35,672 nucleotides of DNA from positions 1-35,672 of the forward strand of contig JBDGPL010000130.1 of the NCBI GenBank assembly GCA_042219705.1, given 5' to 3'. The position numbers and the translations under genes were made by a program. The DNA comes from Halobacteriales archaeon (GTDB lineage Archaea > Halobacteriota > Halobacteria > Halobacteriales > Hikarchaeaceae). Positions 1 to 6,756 of this stretch are shown piece after piece. The notes under the pieces were generated by a model. It had not been told where the DNA came from and ran no database searches. It saw nothing but the letters and a program-made list of their open reading frames with translations. Every line of letters begins with the position of its first letter. Within the stretch, counting starts at the first letter, position 1.

Positions 1-660
1 CGCCGGCTGCTCGCCGAAGAACTCGGCGTAGAGCGACCCTTCGGGCTCGACGGCCACGACGTGGGTGTCGGGCTCGCGCTCGAGGGCGTACTCCGCGAGG
101 CCCATCAGCGTCCCGGCGGTGCCGACGCCGCCGACGAGGGCGCCGACCGCGCCGTCGAGCGCCTCGTAGATCTCCGGGGCCGTGGTGGCGTAGTGGGCCT
201 CGGCGTTCAGCGGGTTCTCGAACTGCTGGGGGACGACGGCGTCGTCGAGCTCGTCGGCGAGCTCGTGGGCGCGCTCGATGGCCGCCCCCATGCCCTCGGC
301 CGTGGGCGTGTTGACGACCTCGGCACCCAGGGCCCGCATCAGCTGCTGCTTCTCGACGCTGAACCGCTCTGGCACGACGAACACCGCGTCGAGGCCGAGC
401 TGGTTGGCGGCGACGGCGAAGCCGATGCCGGTGTTGCCCGCCGTCGGCTCGACCACGGTCCCACCGGGGGACAGCTCGCCGCGCTCGAGGAGCCGCTCGA
501 GCATGTACGACCCGATGCGATCCTTGACGCTCGCGCCGGGGTTGAACGTCTCGAGCTTCGCGTAGACGGGGACGTCGTCCGGCGCGGCGTGGACCCGAAC
601 GAGCGGGGTCTCGCCGACCGTCTCGAGCACGGAGTCCAGCGGCCGGCGATGGGTCGTCAT
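1..660 (-). CDS. cysK: Cysteine synthase / O-acetylserine sulfhydrylase family PLP enzyme. The 3' end runs off the window and the gene is absent from the ORF track.
   Basis: Hand translation of the minus strand from the ATG (complement of 658-660) gives MTTHRRPLDSVLETVGETPLVRV..KLETFNPGASVKDRIG..EPTAGNTGIGFA..GGVGTAGTLMG. The SVKDR PLP-lysine motif and TAGNTGIG loop are typical of the CysK/CBS fold. The frame stays open to position 1. Confidence 0.85.
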   Translation of the reverse strand, partial: MTTHRRPLDSVLETVGETPLVRVHAAPDDVPVYAKLETFNPGASVKDRIGSYMLERLLERGELSPGGTVVEPTAGNTGIGFAVAANQLGLDAVFVVPERFSVEKQQLMRALGAEVVNTPTAEGMGAAIERAHELADELDDAVVPQQFENPLNAEAHYATTAPEIYEALDGAVGALVGGVGTAGTLMGLAEYALEREPDTHVVAVEPEGSLYAEFFGEQPA

Positions 661-956
661 CGCCCCTCGGCCGTCCCGCCGGTCGCCTCCGGGTTCGCCT
701 CGTCGGCATCGCTCCCGGCGACCGCTGCCCGCTCCGCCTCGATCGCGTCGACGTCGATCCCCTCTGCCTCGGCGATGGCCTCGACTATGGCCCGCTGGCC
801 CGCCAGCTCGTCCTCGACGGCGGCCACCCGGTCGCGGGTCTCCCGGGTGGTCTCGCGAAGCTCGGCCACCTCCTCGCGGAGCTCGACCGTCCGGTCGTAG
901 AGCTCCTCCGCGAGGTCGACGATGGTGGCGAGCTTCTTCCCCGCGTTGCCCAGCAT
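657..956 (-). CDS. Small acidic coiled-coil protein of unknown function
   Basis: 99-aa ORF with acidic, heptad-like sequence (EELYDRTVELREEVAELRETTRETRDRVAAVEDELA). Its stop overlaps the cysK start in an ATGA motif, which suggests translational coupling. Confidence 0.6.
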   Translation of the reverse strand: MLGNAGKKLATIVDLAEELYDRTVELREEVAELRETTRETRDRVAAVEDELAGQRAIVEAIAEAEGIDVDAIEAERAAVAGSDADEANPEATGGTAEGR

Positions 957-1078
957 ACCCGGCCGTTCGCGCGGCCGTCGTTTGGGCGTTCCGCAACGGC
1001 TGCCGGCAGGGTTTGCCCGGAGCTCCGACGCCGGGCCGTTCCACGCCGCTTATCGGGCCGCCCCGCGACGCCCCGCCA

Positions 1079-1483
1079 ATGGTACGCGGCGCGTACGCGG
1101 CGCGGGTCGGGGTCGTCGCCGCCGCGGCCGTCGTCCTCCTGGTCATCCTCCCGTTCGGGGTGGCCGACCCGGGCGCGGTCGGCGTCTACTACGGCGGCGA
1201 CCTGGCCGGCCCGCCGTTGGCCGGCCTCTTCGCGGCCGTCGCCGCCATCGCGCTCGCCGCCGGCGTCCGTGGCCGGACCGACCCGCCGCTGGCCGCCGGT
1301 GTCGCCGTCGTCCTCGGCGTCCTCGTCGCCGGACTCGTGATCCCCTGGGCCGCGGCCGTCTCCTCGTCGCTGGTCGGGGGGATGACGACCGTCGCGGCGT
1401 TCGAGTACCACCGGTGGGCGCTCGCGGCCGCCGGGCTGGGCCTCTTCGCCGGCTCGGCCTGGTTCGCCCGCGCGGTCGTGTGA
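1079..1483 (+). CDS. Small integral membrane protein (about 4 TM segments), function unknown
   Basis: The ORF is 1013..1483. The hydrophobic Ala/Val/Leu/Gly-rich segments begin after the internal ATG at 1079 (MVRGAYAARVGVVAAAAVVLLVILPFG...). The upstream 22 codons are Pro/Arg-rich, so 1079 is the preferred start and 1013 an alternative. Confidence 0.55.
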   Translation: MVRGAYAARVGVVAAAAVVLLVILPFGVADPGAVGVYYGGDLAGPPLAGLFAAVAAIALAAGVRGRTDPPLAAGVAVVLGVLVAGLVIPWAAAVSSSLVGGMTTVAAFEYHRWALAAAGLGLFAGSAWFARAVV

Positions 1484-1557
1484 GGGACCGGGGTCGACGG
1501 CCTCCGCGTGGCTCCGGTAGTCGAAAGCCCCTTTACCGGTCGCAGGGTAGCCCTCGT

Positions 1558-1867
1558 GCGGACTAGGCCGGGCGGTTAGGCCCCGCCCCGCGCCCGCAAT
1601 ACGGTCTTCAGCGGGGGCCGAACGCCGGGGGCGTCCGGGCCGACGGGCCCGGGCCCCGGGCGCCGACGTCGAAGCCTCGTCCGTCGGGGATGGCGGTCCG
1701 CGGCGCGCGACCGAAGGGCCGCGTCGTCGCGGTTAGCCGGCGGCACCGGGTCAGGCACGGAAGTGAGCAGCCCACCGCCGGACACCCGTCGCTCGACGGG
1801 TCGCGGGGTGGAGGAGGCAACCGGGACTACCCGGGCTCGAACGCCCGGGCCACCCCGGCCCGTCCGC
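1558..1867 (+). ncRNA. ffs: Signal recognition particle RNA (archaeal 7S RNA), about 310 nt
   Basis: The universally conserved helix-8 motif GGGUCAGG-CAC-GGAA-GUG-AGCAGCCC lies at about 1748-1772, with a GNAR tetraloop and the SRP54-binding asymmetric loop. The 5' end GCGGAC.GGCCGGG (1558-) is complementary to the 3' end CCCGGCCCGUCCGC (-1867), closing the long rod. The length and GC-rich helices fit archaeal SRP RNA, and the region lacks a credible CDS. Confidence 0.85.
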
Positions 1868-1893
1868 GCTCTTCACCCGCGCAGCCGCGGCGC

Positions 1894-2763
1894 TCAATCG
1901 GCGCCCGCGAGTCCCGAACCCTCGGCGAGTGCCACGCTTCCCGAGAGGTCCCGCTGGGGGAACGGAATGCTGATGTCGGCCTCGTCGAACCGGCGCTTGA
2001 CCTCCTGGACGTACTCCGAGCGGATGCGCACGAAGTCGGACCGGCCTGGGTCGGCGATCCAGATGCGGGCCTGCAGGCCGACGTAGGAGTCGGCGAGTTC
2101 GGTCAGCCGGACCGAGGGCGCCGGGTCGTCGAGGATCTCGTCGTGGTCCTCGGCGGCCTCGACGACGATCTCGCTGGCCGCCGCGACGTCGTCGTCGTAG
2201 TCGATGCCGAAGAGGAACTTCAGCCGGAGCGTGTCCTTCGCGACGGGGTTCTTGATGACGCCGTCGGTGAGCTGGGAGTTCGGTACGGTCAGGAGCTCGT
2301 TGTCGAAGGTCCGGACCCGGGTCACCCGGAGGCTGATGTCCTCGACGACGCCGGAATGGCCGTCCCACTCGATCCAGTCGCCGATGCGGAACGGCCGGTC
2401 GGTGTAAATGAAGACGCCGGCGACGAAGTTCTTGATGACGTCCTGCATGGCGAAGCCGATCGCCAGCGTCGCCGCCGCGGCGATGGTCGCCAGCGAGGTG
2501 AGGAAGTTCCCGTAGTCGGCGAAGCCGAAGGCGACCGCGATGCCGACGAACGCGATGACGATGGCGAGCAGCCGCGACAGCGGCTTCCGAGCGTGGTCGT
2601 CGAGCCCGCGTCGCTCCATGGCCCGGTCGGCCAGCGGCCTGACGACGACCCGGCCGACGAGCCAGACCGCCACGAAGGCGACCACGAAGTACAGCGCCTG
2701 GGTGACGGCCAGCGCGTAGGCCGCCGGCAGCGCGTCGACGAGGACCGGCAGCGGCTCGACCAT
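1894..2763 (-). CDS. Mechanosensitive ion channel, MscS family
   Basis: 289 aa with N-terminal TM helices followed by the MscS beta-domain signature (QDVIKNFVAGVFIYTDRPFRIGDWIEWDGHSGVVEDISLRVTRVRTFDNELLTVPNSQL). Confidence 0.9.
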   Translation of the reverse strand: MVEPLPVLVDALPAAYALAVTQALYFVVAFVAVWLVGRVVVRPLADRAMERRGLDDHARKPLSRLLAIVIAFVGIAVAFGFADYGNFLTSLATIAAAATLAIGFAMQDVIKNFVAGVFIYTDRPFRIGDWIEWDGHSGVVEDISLRVTRVRTFDNELLTVPNSQLTDGVIKNPVAKDTLRLKFLFGIDYDDDVAAASEIVVEAAEDHDEILDDPAPSVRLTELADSYVGLQARIWIADPGRSDFVRIRSEYVQEVKRRFDEADISIPFPQRDLSGSVALAEGSGLAGAD

Positions 2764-3008
2764 CAGTGGAACACCGCCGTGTGTCCGCGGGTCTCGACGA
2801 GGGTCGCCCCGACCCGGTCGGCGAGCGCCTCGGCCTGGGCCTCCGTCGAGGCGTCCGGGGCGCGCGCCGAGAGGAACTTCACCTTCACGAGCTCGCGGTC
2901 GTCGAGCTGGGCCGCCAGCTCGTCGGCGACCGCCTCGATGCCGCCCTTGCCGACCCAGACGGTGACGTCGAGGTCGTGGGCGCGCTTGCGGAGCTCCTGG
3001 ACGTCCAT
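2763..3008 (-). CDS. YhbY/CRM-domain RNA-binding protein
   Basis: The real start is the internal ATG (complement of 3006-3008): MDVQELRKRAHDLDVTVWVGKGGIEAVADELAAQLDDRELVKVKF.. This matches the YhbY-like CRS1 fold pattern (GK.G motif). The upstream part of ORF 2763..3371 is Arg-rich artefact. The stop overlaps the MscS start (TGATG). Confidence 0.8.
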   Translation of the reverse strand: MDVQELRKRAHDLDVTVWVGKGGIEAVADELAAQLDDRELVKVKFLSARAPDASTEAQAEALADRVGATLVETRGHTAVFH

Positions 3009-3082
3009 GGCTGGCCCGGGTATACCGCCCGGCGGATAAAGGGGCTGTGGTCGGGTCGGGCGCCAGCCGCGGCGCCGGACCG

Positions 3083-3472
3083 CTACTGGGCCACCACGTG
3101 GGCCGGCTCGACCCGGATGACGACGCGGGTGACGTCGTCGAACTGGTCCGCGAAGTTCTCGACGCCCCGGTAGGCCCGCCCGAGCTCGTTGGCGTGCTCG
3201 ACGGCCCCCTCGGTGGTCACCTCGGCCGGCCCGGAGACGGAGAGATAGCGGCCGACGTCGTCGGGGTCGATGACGTTGATGCCGGCGTGGGGGTTCGCCC
3301 GAACGTTCTTCGCCTTCCGGCGCTCCGCGACGGTGTTGACGAGGACGTGCTCGCCGTCGTAGTCGACCCACGTCACCGTCTGGTGGGGCGTGCCGTCCGG
3401 CCGGATGGTGGCGACCGTGGCGACGTTGGGCGCCCCGAGCAGGTCGTGGTGGCTGGCGGGTATCCCGGCCAT
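3083..3472 (-). CDS. Pyridoxamine 5'-phosphate oxidase family (PPOX-class, probably F420/FMN-binding) protein
   Basis: 129 aa: LLGAPNVATVATIRPDGTPHQTVTWVDYDGEHVLVNTVAERRKAKNVRANPHAGINVIDPDD. This is the typical PPOX split-barrel pattern. Confidence 0.8.
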   Translation of the reverse strand: MAGIPASHHDLLGAPNVATVATIRPDGTPHQTVTWVDYDGEHVLVNTVAERRKAKNVRANPHAGINVIDPDDVGRYLSVSGPAEVTTEGAVEHANELGRAYRGVENFADQFDDVTRVVIRVEPAHVVAQ

Positions 3473-3523
3473 GTGACCCCCTCCCGGGGCCCGACCAAAG
3501 GGGCTTCGATGGCCGGCGTCCAG

Positions 3524-3802
3524 TCAGTCGTAGGGGTAGCGCTGCTGGTGGCCGCAGTCACACGTGACCACGACGTGGCCGTCCTGCAGCCGGTGGCGGG
3601 CGTTCCGGCCGACGACGAGGTAGCGGTCGCAGGCGTCGCAGGTGTGCCGCGTCAGCGCCCGGGGCCGGGACAGCCGGTGGCGTTCCGCGATCCGCCGGGC
3701 GCGGCGGACGTACCGGCGGGCGCGCTCCTCCTCGCCCGCGAGGGTCGCCTCGCGGGCGAGCTCGGTCAGTCGCTCGACGCGTTCGGCGGCGGTGGCGGCC
3801 AT
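3524..3802 (-). CDS. rnp4: Ribonuclease P protein component 4 (Rpp21/Rpr2 family)
   Basis: Internal ATG (complement of 3800-3802): MAATAAERVERLTELAREATLAGEEERARRYVRRARRIAERHRL..TRHTCDACDRYLVVGRNARHRLQDGHVVVTCDCGHQQRYPY. It has the N-terminal helical hairpin plus the C-terminal Cys4-type zinc ribbon of Rpr2. The rest of the 306-aa ORF is artefact. Confidence 0.85.
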   Translation of the reverse strand: MAATAAERVERLTELAREATLAGEEERARRYVRRARRIAERHRLSRPRALTRHTCDACDRYLVVGRNARHRLQDGHVVVTCDCGHQQRYPYD

Positions 3803-4042
3803 GGCCCTGGCGGCTGGAATCTGACCGGAGTACCGCGGTGGGCGGGGTAAAGGGTTGCCCCTCGAGCGGGGTGACGGACACGTCACCGTCGCGTTACGGT
3901 CCAGCGTCGTTCGCCGTCCCGATGCCTCGAAGCGAGGTCGACCGCGGCGGTGGTCGTAGGCCAGGAGTCCCATGGGCTGAAATCGGGCTGAGCCGTCGGC
4001 CGGTCCGGGGCCCGTTCTCCGACGCCGCGGGCCGGAGGTATG

Positions 4043-4048
4043 TTTAAC
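4043..4048 (+). promoter_or_regulatory. Candidate TATA box (GTTTAA) for the mttB-like gene
   Basis: An AT-rich hexamer in otherwise roughly 70% GC DNA lies 32-37 nt upstream of the ATG at 4080, which implies a very short leader. It is followed by the imperfect palindrome CCGCCGTACGGGCGG at 4056-4070. Confidence 0.45.
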
Positions 4049-4079
4049 TGCTGAACCGCCGTACGGGCGGCTATCGTTC

Positions 4080-5543
4080 ATGAGTCTCGACGTCGACCTC
4101 TCCAGCCAGGCCACGCCGTTCATCGACCGACTCGACGCGGACGGCGTCGAGGCCATCCACGAGGCGTCGATGGTCATCATCGAGGAGTACGGCATCCAGG
4201 TCAACCACGAGGATGCCCTCGAGTACTTCGAGGCGGCCGGGGCGACCGTCGGCGAGGACAACCTCGTGCGGGCCGACCGCTCGCTCGTCGAGGACAAGGT
4301 CGCGGAGGCGCCGTCGTCGTTCCTGCTGCACGCCCGCAATCCGGACAACGACCTGCGCGTCGGTGACGGTGACACCTTCCGGGCGCCCGGGTACGGCGCC
4401 CCGAACGTCCGGACCTTCGAGGACGGCCGGCGGAGCTCGACCATCGAGGACTACGAGCTGTTCATGAAGCTGGCCCAGACGGAGGCCCCGATCAACGCCA
4501 CTGGCTACACGGCCGCCGAGCCCAACGACGTCCCCCAGGAGGTCAAACACGTCGAGATGGTCAAGCGGTCGCTCGAGCTGACCGACCTCCCGGTGATGGT
4601 CTCGCCGTACGGCCGTGACCGGACCGACGCGAACCTCGAGATGGTCGGGCTGGCGGTCGGTGACCCCGAGCTCTCGAAACCGTACGCGATGGGGCTGATC
4701 AACACGGTGCCGCCCCGGACGCTGGACACCAAGATGACCGGCGGCCTGGTGGGCCTGGCCGAGCGGGGTCAAGTCCCGGTGGTCTCCTCGTTCATCCAGG
4801 CCGGCGCCTCCGGGCCCGGAACGATGGCCGGCGCGCTCGCGCTGGCGAACGCCGAGAACCTCCTGGGCATCACCCTGGTCCAGCTGGTCAACCCGGGCAA
4901 CCCGGCGGTCTACGGCGTGCCGTCGTCGAACATCGACATGCGCTACGGGTCGCTGTCGATCGGCAGCCCGGAGTCGGCGCTGTTCGCTAGCTTCGCGGGC
5001 ACGATGGGCCGCCACTACGGCGTGCCCTCGCGGGGCGGCGGCGGGCTGACCGACGCCAAGACGGTTGACTACCAGGCTGGCTTCGAGTCGACGCTCGTCA
5101 GCGCCGCGACGACCTGGAGCGGCGTCGACGTGATGCTCCACGCCGCCGGCATCCTCGAGTCCTACTCGACCATCTCCCCGGAGAAGTTCGTGCTCGACTG
5201 CGAGCTGCTGCGGTACCTCGACCGGTTCCAGGCCGGCTACGACATCAACGAGGAGACGCTCGCGCTCGACCTCATCGGCGAGATCGACCCCGACGACCAC
5301 TTCCTCTCCGAATCGCACACGCTGCAGTGGGCCGGCGAGGCCTTCATGATCCCCGAGGTCGTGGACAAGCGCTCCCACGGCGACTGGCGGGACGACGGCG
5401 AGATGACGGCCTTCGAGATCGGTCACCACCGCGTCCAAGAGCAGCTCGACGCCTACGAGCGGCCGGCGCTCGACGCCGACGTCCAGGCCGACCTCGACGC
5501 GTTGGCCGAGGCGCAGCGGGCCGAGATTCTCGACGGCGACTGA
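4080..5543 (+). CDS. mttB: MttB-superfamily (trimethylamine methyltransferase family) substrate:corrinoid methyltransferase, non-pyrrolysine type
   Basis: 487 aa, the full length expected for MttB-family TIM-barrel proteins. Family-typical blocks are present (EEYGIQV.HEDALEYF..AGA, APGYGAPNV, GLINTVPPR, SSFIQAGASGPGTMAGALALANAE, ESTLVSAATTWSGVDVMLHAAGILES). The frame is uninterrupted with no in-frame TAG. Confidence 0.85.
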   Translation: MSLDVDLSSQATPFIDRLDADGVEAIHEASMVIIEEYGIQVNHEDALEYFEAAGATVGEDNLVRADRSLVEDKVAEAPSSFLLHARNPDNDLRVGDGDTFRAPGYGAPNVRTFEDGRRSSTIEDYELFMKLAQTEAPINATGYTAAEPNDVPQEVKHVEMVKRSLELTDLPVMVSPYGRDRTDANLEMVGLAVGDPELSKPYAMGLINTVPPRTLDTKMTGGLVGLAERGQVPVVSSFIQAGASGPGTMAGALALANAENLLGITLVQLVNPGNPAVYGVPSSNIDMRYGSLSIGSPESALFASFAGTMGRHYGVPSRGGGGLTDAKTVDYQAGFESTLVSAATTWSGVDVMLHAAGILESYSTISPEKFVLDCELLRYLDRFQAGYDINEETLALDLIGEIDPDDHFLSESHTLQWAGEAFMIPEVVDKRSHGDWRDDGEMTAFEIGHHRVQEQLDAYERPALDADVQADLDALAEAQRAEILDGD

Positions 5544-5573
5544 GTGACGGCCGGAGCGTGACGGCTCCGGGCC

Positions 5574-6575
5574 TCAGTCCTCGGCGTCGAGGGCGGCCTC
5601 GACCTCGCGGACGGCCGTCGCGAGGTTCCCCACCTTCTCGTAGGCGGCCTTCCGTGGGAGCGGCTTCATGCCGCAGTCGGGCGTCAGGGTCAGCCGCTCG
5701 GCCGGGACGTGTTCGAGCGCGGTCTCGACCCTGGCGCGTATCTCCCCGACGGGGTCGACCCGCTTCGCCTGGGTGTCCACCACGCCGAACCCGACGTCGA
5801 GGTCGAGGTCGCGGCCGCCGAAGACGTCGGCCGGTTCGTCGGCGTCGTCGCTGGCGAACTCGAGGTCGACCTCGTCCACGGGGAACTCGAACAGGTCGGG
5901 CACCAGGTGCTGGTAGTTCCCCGAGCAGATGTGGACGCCCAGCCGGACGGTCTCGGGGACGGCCGCGTCGATGCGGGCGAGGCACTCCTGGGCGATGGTC
6001 CCGTGGGGCGACATGCCGAGGGCGGGCTCGTCGATCTGGATCCAGTCGGCGCCGGCGTCGGCCAACCGGCCGGCCTCGGCGGCCACCAGGTCCGCGAAGT
6101 CGTAGGCCAGCGCCTCGACGTCGTCGTAGGCCTCGAGGCTCCCGAACGACGCCAGGGTGAACGGGCCCGTGACGGTCGTCTTGACCGGGCGGTCGGCGAC
6201 CGCCTGGGCGAAGCGCTGGTCGTCGACCAGCCACGGCGCGTCCGATGAAACCGTGTCGGTCACGGTGGGCATCCGGGCGTTCCACCCCGTGCCGCCGTCC
6301 CGGTCGTAACCGTGGATGAACGGCGCGAAGTGCCCGACCATGTCCGTCCGGCGCTGCTCGCCGTCGGTGACGACGTCGAGGCCGGCCCGCTGCTGGTCGC
6401 CGATGGAGGCCTTGCAGGCGTCGTCCTCGGCCTCCTCGAGGTCGACCTCGTCGTCATCGGCGGCCAGCTCGCGAACGCGGTCGAGCCAGGCCGGCTGGGG
6501 GAAGCTCCCCACGACCGTCGCGAGCAGGAACGACGCGTGGGGGTGGTCCGGCGGCCGGAACCGGTCGTGGGGCAT
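5574..6575 (-). CDS. metE: Cobalamin-independent methionine synthase catalytic-domain homologue (core MetE-like, 333 aa)
   Basis: Internal ATG (complement of 6573-6575): MPHDRF..LLATVVGSFPQPAWL..DVVTDGEQRRTDMVGHF..VTGPFTL..WIQIDEPALG..LGVHICSGNY..LTPDCGMKP. The H-x-C and C-terminal Cys zinc-ligand pattern and the IDEPA motif are typical of the MetE C-terminal domain. The 109 upstream codons of ORF 5574..6902 are Arg/Pro-rich artefact. Confidence 0.85.
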   Translation of the reverse strand: MPHDRFRPPDHPHASFLLATVVGSFPQPAWLDRVRELAADDDEVDLEEAEDDACKASIGDQQRAGLDVVTDGEQRRTDMVGHFAPFIHGYDRDGGTGWNARMPTVTDTVSSDAPWLVDDQRFAQAVADRPVKTTVTGPFTLASFGSLEAYDDVEALAYDFADLVAAEAGRLADAGADWIQIDEPALGMSPHGTIAQECLARIDAAVPETVRLGVHICSGNYQHLVPDLFEFPVDEVDLEFASDDADEPADVFGGRDLDLDVGFGVVDTQAKRVDPVGEIRARVETALEHVPAERLTLTPDCGMKPLPRKAAYEKVGNLATAVREVEAALDAED

Positions 6576-6756
6576 CGTTGGCTGCTCGTCGTCCGCCGGG
6601 GAGGGAATAGCTTCCGCCCGCCGCCCCGGGGGTCGGACGCCGGCCATCTCGGGGGCGGGACACTGGAGGCCGCTGCCGGCGGGGCCCGGCCGACCCTCGG
6701 TATCCTTTTGGCGCCCCCTGGCAAACCCGGTCCGGTATGTGCCGCCGGGGGCCGGA

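Noticed and set aside
61-900. A 279-aa plus-strand ORF at the left edge, along with other long shadow ORFs: 785..1411, 922..1566, 4071..5438, 5327..6285, 6454..8616, 8631..9899, 8891..9976, 9906..10673, 10642..11877, 12855..15173, 13867..15492, 17087..18043, 17385..19184, 21135..22554 and 22185..24008.
   Set aside because: Each overlaps a gene on the opposite strand or in another frame that has strong family motifs. Their own translations are Arg/Pro/Gly-dominated and basic, unlike the acidic haloarchaeal proteome.
1576-3039. ORFs 1576..1785, 1608..1820, 1690..3039, 1751..2368 and 1763..2086.
   Set aside because: The 5' portion overlies the SRP RNA gene and the rest is antisense or out of frame to the MscS channel gene. 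No protein motifs are present.
4080-5543. The possibility that the mttB-like gene encodes pyrrolysine through an in-frame UAG.
   Set aside because: The reading frame is continuous for 487 codons with no internal TAG, and no pylT or pylSBCD-like sequence is visible in the window. It was therefore treated as a non-Pyl family member.
5549-5572. A hairpin (CCGGAGC-gtgacg-GCTCCGG) between the convergent mttB-like and metE-like genes, considered as a bidirectional terminator.
   Set aside because: The stem is short (7 bp, GC-rich) and lacks the oligo-T tract typical of archaeal termination signals. Such stems are frequent by chance in high-GC DNA.
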